From positions 27,097 through 91,096 of the forward strand of contig DIXQ01000021.1 in NCBI GenBank assembly GCA_002428725.1: a stretch of DNA of 64,000 nt, in the 5' to 3' direction. Below, one piece after another: positions 35,076-43,476 of this stretch. The position numbers were made by a program, and so were the translations under genes. Below the pieces are notes generated by a model. That model did no database searches, had not been told where the DNA came from, and saw nothing but the letters and a program-made list of their open reading frames with translations. Every line of letters starts with the position of its first letter. The stretch's first letter is position 1. This DNA comes from Spirochaetaceae bacterium UBA6076 (GTDB lineage: Bacteria > Spirochaetota > Spirochaetia > Treponematales > Rectinemataceae).

Positions 35076-36989
35076 CTATTCTTTTGAGAAAAGCGCCCTG
35101 ATTTGCTTCTTATACAATTCGTTAATAGCGTGCCGCTTTATTTCCTGCTTTGCCGACAATTCTCTGTCGGGCTGGAAGGCCCCTGGCAGGATTGCGAAGC
35201 GGAAAATCCTTTCAAAGGGTTTAAAGCCATTCTTGGGACTAACGAGCGTGGATATTTCCGAATCGATAAGTTCCTTCACCACTGGCTGCTGCAGAAGCAT
35301 CTCATAATCGTTATAGGGGATGCTGTTTTCCTGCGCCCAGGCTAAAAGGTTCTCTTGCTTAGGGACGATGAGGGCTGCCAAGAATTTTTCGTCCTGTCCA
35401 AGAACTACAGCCTGCTGAATATAAACACTTTCGCCAAGCCGCTGCTCGATGGGCAAAGGCTCGATGTTCTCACCGCCCCTCAGCACGATAGTGTCCTTGG
35501 CTCGCCCTGTGATTTTTATCTCACCGTTGTAGCTCAGCATTCCTAAGTCGCCCGTATCCAGCCAGCCGTCCTTGTCCAGTATCCGTGCGGTGAGATCTGG
35601 GCGTTTGTAGTATCCCAGCATAACCTGAGGACCTCTGACAAAGATGATACCCTTTTGGCCGGGACCTAGAATTTCGCCCTTTTTGCCCACTATTTTTATT
35701 TCTGTTCCCCTGTGCACCGGTCCAACGGTGCCAATGACGGGATGGGTTTTCAGCCTAATGCCAAGAACTGGAGCCGTTTCAGTGAGTCCGTAACCTTCCA
35801 GAATGAGCACGCCTATGGCGTCAAAAAAGCGGTCCACTGCGGATGGCAAGGCACCTCCGCCGGATACTCCGGCGATAAAGTTTTTGCCCAGCTTGGTTTT
35901 AACTTTTTTATATACCAGGATATTGCCCAGAGCCCAGAGCGGGGCAAAGAGGAGGAACGGCACGATCGCCGCGGCGATTTCGAGAATCCGGCTTCCGGGA
36001 CTAAAGCGGGGGTATCGTCCTAAAAGATGGTTACGGAAATAGGCAAAACTTTCTCCAACGCCGACAAAAAAGCCGAAGAGAACCTGTTTAACCTTGCTCG
36101 ACTGCTTAATGCTCTTATAGATTCCGTCTTTGACAGATTCCCAGATTCTGGGTACAGAAGGGAACCAATGTGGCTGGACCGCTTGCATATCCGCCAGAAG
36201 AATAGAACCAATGGGCTTGGAATAGGCTATCGTCGCCCCGGACGTAAGGATTATGTATTGTAGTATTCGCTCAAAAGAATGCCAAACCGGAAGCACCGAA
36301 AGGAATATCTCGCCGGGGTTAACGCCGATGAGCTCGGGCAGGTAATCTGTTTGATGCAAAAAATTGCCGTGGCTGAGCATGACGCCCCTGGGTTCTCCGG
36401 TTGTGCCTGAGGTGTATATGAGCGTCGCCAGGTCGCTTCTGACTCCCTTGGCAGCCTCCTCCTGGTAAAAGCCAGGATGATCGGTTAGGTAAGCTTTTCC
36501 GCTTTCGAGAATTGCTTGGTAAGCATGGACTGTTATACCCTGAGCCTTGGCCTCTCCCAGCGCCGATTCCTCGGCAGGGTCGAAAAGAATGAGGGTGTCA
36601 AGCTTGGGTATAGAGGATCGGGTTTCCAGGATTTTTTTAAGTTGTTTTTCGTTTTCTAGAATCGCGAACTTGCACTCGCTCCAGGAAAGGATATAGGTGA
36701 TTTCTTGAACCGTGGCGTCGCAGCCCCGGGGTACGTCGGCTGCTCCCAGACCGAGGATGGCCAGATCTGCGATCAGCCATTCCCTGCGGTTATCCGCGAT
36801 CAGCCCCACCTTGTCACCCCTTGAAACACCCAGGAGCTTCAAGCCCGCGGAGAATGAAGCGGTCGTATCCTTCAATTCTTTATAACTAGTCGGCCTGAAG
36901 ACTCCTCCCCCATTCTTGGAGAGCTGGGCAACCGTATCGGGTTGTCTGGCCGCTACTTCTAAAAACATCTGAGCAAGGGTCTGTGCCAT
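35076..36989 (-). CDS. Long-chain fatty acid--CoA ligase (AMP-forming)
   Basis: AMP-binding motifs are LIYTSGTTGEPRGVMLSHGN, GYGLTE and DGWLDTGDLG. Confidence 0.85.
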   Translation of the reverse strand: MAQTLAQMFLEVAARQPDTVAQLSKNGGGVFRPTSYKELKDTTASFSAGLKLLGVSRGDKVGLIADNRREWLIADLAILGLGAADVPRGCDATVQEITYILSWSECKFAILENEKQLKKILETRSSIPKLDTLILFDPAEESALGEAKAQGITVHAYQAILESGKAYLTDHPGFYQEEAAKGVRSDLATLIYTSGTTGEPRGVMLSHGNFLHQTDYLPELIGVNPGEIFLSVLPVWHSFERILQYIILTSGATIAYSKPIGSILLADMQAVQPHWFPSVPRIWESVKDGIYKSIKQSSKVKQVLFGFFVGVGESFAYFRNHLLGRYPRFSPGSRILEIAAAIVPFLLFAPLWALGNILVYKKVKTKLGKNFIAGVSGGGALPSAVDRFFDAIGVLILEGYGLTETAPVLGIRLKTHPVIGTVGPVHRGTEIKIVGKKGEILGPGQKGIIFVRGPQVMLGYYKRPDLTARILDKDGWLDTGDLGMLSYNGEIKITGRAKDTIVLRGGENIEPLPIEQRLGESVYIQQAVVLGQDEKFLAALIVPKQENLLAWAQENSIPYNDYEMLLQQPVVKELIDSEISTLVSPKNGFKPFERIFRFAILPGAFQPDRELSAKQEIKRHAINELYKKQIRALFSKE

Positions 36990-37047
36990 GGTCGCTCCTC
37001 GAGATCAAAGTTTACAATAAAACTATAATTGTAAAACTGTTAATACG

Positions 37048-38133
37048 TCAATGATCGAGCGAACAATAGCGATCTTCCGGTACATTGCCGAAGTAGGCGG
37101 TAAAGGTCTCGGCCATGGCGCTGAGACTAGGACTGTTCATCGTTTTGAATTTTATATGATGGGCGAAGGAAAACTGCTCGCAGTAGTAAGAAAAAAAACG
37201 TCTTGCGCTCTCAAGCTGCCAGGCTTCGGGCAAATAGAGTTCGGCCAGGGCAAGAAAGCGTAGCCCGACTGTCAGCCTGTCGATAGACTGGGCCGGCGTA
37301 GGAATAGCTGACTTCGCTGATCCCAAGGCGTGGAGCTGAGAAAATATCCAGGGCTTTCGCACGGCTTCCCGACCAATCATAACAGCATAGGCGCCCGGCG
37401 CGTCGGCGCCGGCTGTGTGCGTGCTGGCTCCGGCTTCCCCTTTGGCTGCCCCAGCCCTCTGTCTGCCGGTCAGCATCGAAATCTGGGCAGCCTCGGTGAT
37501 GTCGCCATTGGCCACCAGGGGGCAGGAAAGGTCTCGGGCTAACCTGAGGCTGTATTCGTGCCTAGCCTTGCCCTTGAATTTCTGATCGTCCCTCCGGGGA
37601 TGAAGACAGAGAAAATCCAGGCCTTCTGCCGCAATGCGCCGACAAAAGCCCAACAGTCTGTCATAGTCTTCATCGGGTCCCATCCGAATCTTGGCCGATA
37701 GGATCCCTGGCCAGGCTGCCCTGGCCGCCGATACTAGCTCAGCGGCCAAATCTGGATCCGAACTCCACGCCGAACCCCCTCCCTTGCTCCTGATGTGTGG
37801 AGCCGAGCAACCGAAATTGATATCCACGCCGGCGGGAAGCTCCTGGAATGGATTATTCCTTAGCTTGGAGCAGGCAGCCGCGAGGCTCGCTGCGCTCCGG
37901 GAGTAAAACTGGACAGATGTCCGATCAGGTTTAGGATTAGAATCGGTGTAGTCCGACTCGTACGGAGCGTTGGCGATATAGGCTTCGGCGCTGGCCATTT
38001 CGGTGAAAGCATAATCCGGGCTGCCAAGTTCTTCTAAAAGTGTTCTGAATGCGCGGTTGGTTATTCCCACCATGGGAGCCAAAAGTATTGAGCCGCTGGA
38101 AAAGGGAAGCATTGGGCCGATAGTATACGCCAA
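37048..38133 (-). CDS. tRNA-dihydrouridine synthase family protein
   Basis: The N-terminal sequence ILLAPMVGITNRAFR and an overall TIM-barrel Dus pattern support the call. An Ala/Gly-rich insertion sits near residue 230. Confidence 0.75.
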   Translation of the reverse strand: MAYTIGPMLPFSSGSILLAPMVGITNRAFRTLLEELGSPDYAFTEMASAEAYIANAPYESDYTDSNPKPDRTSVQFYSRSAASLAAACSKLRNNPFQELPAGVDINFGCSAPHIRSKGGGSAWSSDPDLAAELVSAARAAWPGILSAKIRMGPDEDYDRLLGFCRRIAAEGLDFLCLHPRRDDQKFKGKARHEYSLRLARDLSCPLVANGDITEAAQISMLTGRQRAGAAKGEAGASTHTAGADAPGAYAVMIGREAVRKPWIFSQLHALGSAKSAIPTPAQSIDRLTVGLRFLALAELYLPEAWQLESARRFFSYYCEQFSFAHHIKFKTMNSPSLSAMAETFTAYFGNVPEDRYCSLDH

Positions 38134-38176
38134 ATGCTATCGCTGCAAGAAGCCAAGCCCTTTCCCTGAGCATGAG

Positions 38177-38206
38177 TTGACTTAATGGGGGTTCTTCGGG
38201 TATAAA
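38177..38206 (+). promoter_or_regulatory. Candidate sigma70-type promoter of the rpsP operon
   Basis: TTGACT (38177-38182), an 18-nt spacer, then TATAAA (38201-38206). It lies about 95 nt upstream of rpsP. Confidence 0.5.
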
Positions 38207-38300
38207 ACTCAGGCGCTATTCCCCGATTCGGATCCTAAATCCGGGGGTATGTGAATCTATAAATAGGATCCAAGTTCCCTTTACCGTTCAGGAGGAATCT

Positions 38301-38552
38301 GTGAGCGTCAAGATTAGGCTCAAGAAATTCGGTGCCAAAGCCCGTCCCTACTACCGCATCGTTGTTATGGACAGCCGCTCGCCCCGCGACAGCAGGACTA
38401 TCGATGAGATCGGCCTGTATCACCCCATCGAAACTGAGGATAAACAGCTCAGAATCGACGAGGCGAAGGCAAAGCTCTGGCTTTCCAAGGGCGCCCTGCC
38501 CAGCGACACCGTCCGTTCGCTTCTCAACAAGAAGAATATCCAGGTCAAGTAA
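38301..38552 (+). CDS. rpsP: 30S ribosomal protein S16
   Basis: The sequence (M)SVKIRLKKFGAKARPYYRIVVMDSRSPRDSRTIDEIGLYHP supports the call. The start is GTG, preceded by AGGAGG. Confidence 0.9.
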   Translation: MSVKIRLKKFGAKARPYYRIVVMDSRSPRDSRTIDEIGLYHPIETEDKQLRIDEAKAKLWLSKGALPSDTVRSLLNKKNIQVK

Positions 38553-38630
38553 ACCACGGCTCTGCCGTTGTCCATCCGCCGGATAGCGTTTGCTTCGGCG
38601 GCCTGTTCGTTTCTTTTTAAGGAGAATCAT

Positions 38631-38864
38631 GTGGAACGCGACTTAGTCGAGTATATTGTCAAATCACTGGTCGACGAGCCCGAGGCTGTCGATATCAAGG
38701 TTATTGAAGGCGAAAAGTCCACCATCCTCGAACTCAAGGTAGCCGAGGCTGATATCGGCAAGGTGATCGGCAAAAACGGCCGTATCGCCAAAGCGATCAG
38801 GACTATTCTTTCCGCCAGCGCCAACGCACAGTCCAAACGGGTAATCCTGGAGATTTTGGACTGA
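38631..38864 (+). CDS. KH-domain RNA-binding protein (YlqC/UPF0109 family)
   Basis: The sequence GKVIGKNGRIAKAIRTIL is a KH GxxG motif. I moved the start to GTG 38631, with AAGGAG 6 nt upstream. Confidence 0.8.
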   Translation: MERDLVEYIVKSLVDEPEAVDIKVIEGEKSTILELKVAEADIGKVIGKNGRIAKAIRTILSASANAQSKRVILEILD

Positions 38865-38871
38865 GCTTTTT

Positions 38872-39405
38872 TTGATGAACGACAGACCTGAAAATGAATT
38901 ACTGGCGGTCGCCAAGCTCGGCGCCCCCCGGGGACTAAAGGGGCTTGTCAAGGTTCATAGTTATTCCGGAGACTTTTCCCACATCGAATCATTAAAGCAG
39001 GTTCTCGTGGCTCCCGAAGGGGAGCCAGGGAAAGGTAAAACTCTACAGGTAAGCTTTGTTGAGAGGGGTGGGCATGGTCTCGACATGGCATTTTCCGGCT
39101 ACGAGTCGCCGGAGAAAGCCCGAGGACTCACCGGGTTGCTGCTCTACCTTCCCAGGGAACTGGCGAGTCCCTTGAGGGAGAACGAATACTACATCCACGA
39201 CCTCGTGGGCATGCGGGTTTTAAGCCAGGGCTTGGAGGCAGGCATTGTCGAAGCCGTGTTGGAGGGGGGAGCCGATCCTCTTCTGGAACTGCGCAGGACT
39301 GGCACGGGAGCGATGTCGCTTGTTCCCTTCCGCAAAGAATTCGTCGGGGAAGTGGATTTGAAGGCAAAAAGCCTGGAACTTTTGGCGGGATGGCTTTTAG
39401 AATGA
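38872..39405 (+). CDS. rimM: 16S rRNA processing protein RimM
   Basis: The sequence LAVAKLGAPRGLKGLVKV and the conserved operon position support the call. Confidence 0.85.
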   Translation: MMNDRPENELLAVAKLGAPRGLKGLVKVHSYSGDFSHIESLKQVLVAPEGEPGKGKTLQVSFVERGGHGLDMAFSGYESPEKARGLTGLLLYLPRELASPLRENEYYIHDLVGMRVLSQGLEAGIVEAVLEGGADPLLELRRTGTGAMSLVPFRKEFVGEVDLKAKSLELLAGWLLE

Positions 39406-40172
39406 AACTGACCATACTCAGCCTGTTTCCGGAGATCCTCAGGGCTTATTTTGAAGCTTCTATAATGAAGCGCGCCGTGGCTGCAGGCCTTGTGGAGTAC
39501 TCCCTTGTCAACATTCGGGATTACGCCACCGACAAGCACCACAAGTGCGATGATGAAGTTTTCGGCGGCGGAGCCGGTATGCTCATGAAGCCAGAGCCCT
39601 TGGACAAGGCATTAGAAGCCGCTGGCTCGCCGGGGGTTAGAACTGTCTTCGTAAGCCCTTCGGGGAGGCTTTTCAGCCAATCATACGCCCAAGAACTGGC
39701 TTTGGAGAAGGAACTCGTTATTCTCTGCGGCCGTTACGAGGGTGTGGATCAGCGGATAATAAACAGCAGGGTTACCGACGAGATTTCGATTGGTGATTAT
39801 GTGCTGTCCAGCGGCGAAGTGGCGGCCATGGTACTGGTGGACGCGATTTACCGGCTTAAGCCCGGGGTTATATCGGGAGAATCCTTGGAGGAGGAGAGTT
39901 TCTCCAAGGGACTCCTCGAGTATCCCCAGTATACACGACCGGCAATTTATGATAACATACGGGCTCCCGATGTTGTTCTGTCGGGCAACCATGCACAAAT
40001 CGCACGGTGGAGGCTCAAGGCAAGCATCCTCAAGACGCTAGCCTACCGCCCCGAGCTTCTTACGAGAGACAATCTGGCGGAAGATGTCGCCCGGTTGTTG
40101 CGCGAGGCAATCGATGAAGGGGGATGGCATGAACCTGGTACAGTCCATTCAAGCCGAACAGATGAAGAGTGA
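39402..40172 (+). CDS. trmD: tRNA (guanine37-N1)-methyltransferase
   Basis: The sequences MKLTILSLFPEI, GGGAGMLMKPEP, ILCGRYEGVDQR and LSGNHAQIARWR support the call. There is an ATGA overlap with rimM. Confidence 0.9.
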   Translation: MKLTILSLFPEILRAYFEASIMKRAVAAGLVEYSLVNIRDYATDKHHKCDDEVFGGGAGMLMKPEPLDKALEAAGSPGVRTVFVSPSGRLFSQSYAQELALEKELVILCGRYEGVDQRIINSRVTDEISIGDYVLSSGEVAAMVLVDAIYRLKPGVISGESLEEESFSKGLLEYPQYTRPAIYDNIRAPDVVLSGNHAQIARWRLKASILKTLAYRPELLTRDNLAEDVARLLREAIDEGGWHEPGTVHSSRTDEE

Positions 40173-40527
40173 GCTCCCGGCGTTTCAGGTGGGCGACACC
40201 GTACGCGTGAGTTTCAAGATCGTTGAGGGAAAAACCGAACGCGTCCAGGCCTATGAAGGATTAGTCATAGCGGTCAAGAACGCGGGCATTGGGAAAACCT
40301 TTACTGTACGAAAGAATTCCTATGGAGTTGGGGTCGAACGCGTATTCCCCCTCAACTCGCCCAGGGTCGAGAAAGTAGAAGTGCTGCGCAGAGGCAAGGT
40401 GCGCAGATCCAAGCTCTACTACATCCGGATCAAGGTGGGCAAGAAGTCCAAGGTTAAGGAGCTGATAGTCTCTGGCAAAAAGGACGAGTCTGTTACCGAA
40501 ACCGCTGCTCCCGCCGACAAAGCATAG
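40129..40527 (+). CDS. rplS: 50S ribosomal protein L19
   Basis: MNLVQSIQAEQMKSELPAFQVGDTVRV aligns with the E. coli L19 N-terminus. The start overlaps the trmD 3' end by 44 nt. Confidence 0.9.
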   Translation: MNLVQSIQAEQMKSELPAFQVGDTVRVSFKIVEGKTERVQAYEGLVIAVKNAGIGKTFTVRKNSYGVGVERVFPLNSPRVEKVEVLRRGKVRRSKLYYIRIKVGKKSKVKELIVSGKKDESVTETAAPADKA

Positions 40528-40548
40528 ACGAATTTCTTCGATTTCAAT

Positions 40549-40576
40549 GGGCTGCCTTTTGGAGGCAGCCTTTTTT
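40549..40576 (+). terminator. Rho-independent terminator of the rpsP-rplS operon
   Basis: The sequence reads GGGCTGCC ttttgga GGCAGCC TTTTTT. Confidence 0.7.
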
Positions 40577-40625
40577 ATGTGCGGTATTTTGAAGCGGCGA
40601 AGGAAACCTGCCACGTTATCGTGGT

Positions 40626-40994
40626 ATGGAAGAGATGTTTTCCTCAACTAGTTTTGGACGGGCGGGGGAAGAGCGAATCGCCTCGCTGCTGGTAACAGAA
40701 GGCTGGAGTATTCTGGAGCGTAATTATCGAGCCGGCAGGGGCGAGATAGACATTATCGCGGAGCGGGACGGACTAATTGCCTTTATTGAGGTTAAACATT
40801 GGAGAGCCTTGGACTGTTCGGCGCTTGAAAAAGCCTTAAACGCCGATAAAACTCGCCGGATCATCGAAACTTCTAAGATTTATCTGTCGATGTATCGAAA
40901 ATATAAGAACCGTAGAATTCGATACGATGTCATTTTCCTTTTCCGCGACGGAATTCCGATGCGATTCGAAGGAGCGTTTGACGAGACAGTATGA
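40626..40994 (+). CDS. yraN: YraN-family endonuclease-like protein (UPF0102)
   Basis: The sequence GRAGEERIASLLVTEGWSILERNYRAGRGEIDIIAERDGLIAFIEVKHW supports the call. Confidence 0.8.
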   Translation: MEEMFSSTSFGRAGEERIASLLVTEGWSILERNYRAGRGEIDIIAERDGLIAFIEVKHWRALDCSALEKALNADKTRRIIETSKIYLSMYRKYKNRRIRYDVIFLFRDGIPMRFEGAFDETV

Positions 40995-41218
40995 ATAAAA
41001 AAGAAACAGCCCGCAGGAATTCCTTGGATTGGGCAGGAAGCAGTCCGGTCGAGGGTGCAGTCACTGGTCCTCCCGGAGACACTACTCATCCGGATGTATA
41101 CAAGGTCATTACAATGCGTCATAAATTAAACGATGACAGGTATGTGGATGGAGCCGTGACGAGAATTGCCAGTTTTTTGACTAACCGATTGGATAAGAAG
41201 GAAAAGGATGGAAAATAA
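40991..41218 (+). CDS. Small hypothetical protein (75 aa)
   Basis: There is an ATGA overlap with yraN. No motif was recognised. Confidence 0.3.
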   Translation: MNKKETARRNSLDWAGSSPVEGAVTGPPGDTTHPDVYKVITMRHKLNDDRYVDGAVTRIASFLTNRLDKKEKDGK

Positions 41219-41675
41219 CGGGAAAAAGGCCCCGGGCCGCCAGGGCGCTGGGAACAGGCGGCATAATCCCCGTCAGGCACAGGGCAAGCACGGGCGTCCG
41301 ATTCAAGGGCAGGGGGTCAAGGTTCCCCGGGATAGTTCAACGTTAGGCGTCCGCAAAGAAGAAAAAAAACCGAGTCAGGCGCCCAAAGAGTGCGCCATAT
41401 GCGGCAAGCCGATATTCGATCTCGCTGGAGCCCTGGCGGATAAGGAAAGCGGCAATCCTGTGCATTTTGACTGTGCCCTGGAAAGGGTCATGGCCGCCGA
41501 AAAGCTTGAGGCGGGTGAAAAGATCGTATACCTGGGGGCTGGCTGTTTCGGGGTTGTGGAATACAAGAAAGGAAACGATGGCAGTTTTGTGGTAAAGCGC
41601 AGGATCCGCTGGGAGAAGGAAGGTGAAAAGCAAGTTTGGCGTAAGGATCTCTCTTCCTACATAACCAGGATATGA
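41208..41675 (+). CDS. Hypothetical protein with a basic N-terminal tail and a CxxC...HxxC motif
   Basis: The N-terminus is Lys/Arg/Gly-rich. It is followed by ECAICGKPIFD...NPVHFDCALERV and a compact C-terminal domain. Confidence 0.4.
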   Translation: MENNGKKAPGRQGAGNRRHNPRQAQGKHGRPIQGQGVKVPRDSSTLGVRKEEKKPSQAPKECAICGKPIFDLAGALADKESGNPVHFDCALERVMAAEKLEAGEKIVYLGAGCFGVVEYKKGNDGSFVVKRRIRWEKEGEKQVWRKDLSSYITRI

Positions 41676-41718
41676 TTGCTTCTATAGCGCCGTTTAGAAT
41701 AATGGAGGCTGGCCTGTA

Positions 41719-42255
41719 ATGAGCAGGGCCTTTGTCGACGAGGACTCTGGCTCGGATGAAACCGATGACATGCACGAGATTCCCCTTCCGCTTGCCCCGG
41801 GGGTGAAAAATTACATGACCCCCGGAGGTGCGCTTCGAATGATGGAAGAGTTGCGTACCTTGATCGATGTCGAACGGCCCAGGGCGGCCGCGGCGCTGGC
41901 CGCTGCAGATGCCCAAGCCAAAGCAAGCCCGCTTAGAGAAATTTCCCGCATCGATAGACGAATATCTTACCTTAGCCGCATGAAGGCTTTTATGGAGGTA
42001 GTCCAGCCGCCTTCGAGCCTAGAGCGCATGGTCTTTGGCCTTGTTGCCCGGGTCGATGAAGGAAGCGATCAGGAAGTTTACTACCGCATCGTCGGTGTGG
42101 ACGAAAGCGATCCCGAGCGGGGCTGGGTAAGCTGGGCGAGCCCGGTGGCCAAGGCTTTGATCGGCAAATCGGTGGGCGATCTGGCGGTGGTTAAGCTTCC
42201 TCTTGGCGAGAGAAGAATGAAAATTATCGGTATCGAATACGCGAAGGAAGAATGA
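41719..42255 (+). CDS. GreA/GreB-family transcription elongation factor homologue
   Basis: The C-terminal sequence YYRIVGVDESDPERGWVSWASPVAKALIGKSVGDLAVVKLPLGERRMKIIGIEY matches the GreA/B C-terminal domain pattern. Confidence 0.7.
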   Translation: MSRAFVDEDSGSDETDDMHEIPLPLAPGVKNYMTPGGALRMMEELRTLIDVERPRAAAALAAADAQAKASPLREISRIDRRISYLSRMKAFMEVVQPPSSLERMVFGLVARVDEGSDQEVYYRIVGVDESDPERGWVSWASPVAKALIGKSVGDLAVVKLPLGERRMKIIGIEYAKEE

Positions 42256-43090
42256 AAGGAGCTCCAATTTCGACTGGGCCTCGAGGTATTCAAAGCGGTG
42301 GTAGTCCTTATGACGAACACCCAGATCCTTCCTGGGCTAGGCGGTCCTGGATTTCTCTGGATGGGGCTTGGACTTTTTCAAAATTAGGCGGGGCGAATAA
42401 GAACCGTGGGCTTACACAGCAAATACAAGTTCCTTTTCCGATTGGGAGCGAGCTGTCGGGAGTACGATCGAAGGATAAAGGATGCTGGACGTATTGCAGA
42501 AGATTCACTCTCCCCGATAAACCGAAAAGCCGCTGGATCCTCCACGTTGGAGCCTGCGATTACGATTTACCTGCCTTCGCGCAAAGCCTTTGAAGACTAT
42601 GAAGCCGAATTGCGTTCCCTCATCGCTAGGGACATGGCTCATCCCTCCTGCGTGATGAGGATTTTATTCAACGAAACCTGGGGTATCTGGGGCTTGTATG
42701 GCCAGGGCTTTCTATGAGGCTGTTAAGCGTAAGGATCCTGACGTCCTTCATAATTTTTCCGTTCTTAAGGTTCTGGCCTTCAACCTTTTTTATCAGGTGG
42801 CGACTAAAACCCGCAGTCTCTTCGTGAATCGCGATGCCAAGATCGATGGTACGCCACTCTTTTTAAGCGAATACGGGGGCTTTGGCTGGTACAAGGCTGA
42901 AGGGAATGCCGAAACCACCGAGCTTATCAAAGAATATACGAAGGATATTCTGGATTCAGGTCTTTTTTGCGGCTACTGCTACACCCAGCTCTACGACGTG
43001 GGTTCCGAGACCAACGGACTCTTGACCGCGGACCGCAGACCTAAGGTGGATACGGACGCGATGAGGAAAATCAACGATTATCGAGCATGA
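42252..43090 (+). pseudogene. Decayed family-2 glycoside hydrolase (beta-galactosidase/glucuronidase-like) gene
   Basis: GH2-like pieces sit in three different frames. Frame 0 carries ISLDGAWTF...QIQVPFP...ILHVGACDY (N-terminal sugar-binding domain). Frame 1 carries RDMAHPSCVMRILFNETWG (acid/base region). Frame 2 carries PLFLSEYGGFGW...NGLLTADRRPK (nucleophile region and C-terminus). Together they total about 280 codons, whereas GH2 enzymes are normally 600 aa or more. Confidence 0.6.
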
Positions 43091-43143
43091 CTTAATTACT
43101 GAGTTTAGACATTCTTTTCAGCGACATAGGACTAAAGAATTAT

Positions 43144-43476
43144 CTATGCTGTAGGTTCTGATAATCCCTTAGTTCCAATAAGACGCAAATTAATATTTCT
43201 CCATCCCGGCACGTGCATGCTCATGAGTGCTTTGAAGAGCCGGCCATGAGCCGGAATGCGCAAATGAAGAAGCTCATGAACAATGACGTAGTTCTGGAAG
43301 GATTCATCTTGATCAATGAGATCTTCCGCTAGTGTAATTGTGCCACCGGTGGAGCAAGAGCCCCACTTATTTTTCATTTTCTGAATTCGGATGGCGTGCG
43401 GATTTACATGAAGCGTGACCGACCACTGCAGCACTCGGCGCTTAAGCTCTTGGGTGGGGTAGGATGCTCTGCTCAT
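43144..43476 (-). CDS. Short DUF45/YgjP-like (M48-type) zinc metallopeptidase
   Basis: The sequences [18 protein letters not shown] and [19 protein letters not shown] (HExxH) support the call. The start ATG 43476 forms an ATGA overlap with the hsdR stop. The longer listed ORF start lies inside hsdR. Confidence 0.7.
   Translation of the reverse strand: MSRASYPTQELKRRVLQWSVTLHVNPHAIRIQKMKNKWGSCSTGGTITLAEDLIDQDESFQNYVIVHELLHLRIPAHGRLFKALMSMHVPGWRNINLRLIGTKGLSEPTA

Noticed and set aside
43091-43143. Direct repeats or att sites flanking the defence island, compared with 52165-52230
   Set aside because: The best match seen was CTTAATTACT (left) against CTTAATAACT (right), which is 9/10 in AT-rich DNA. 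That is too weak, and there is no integrase to support it.
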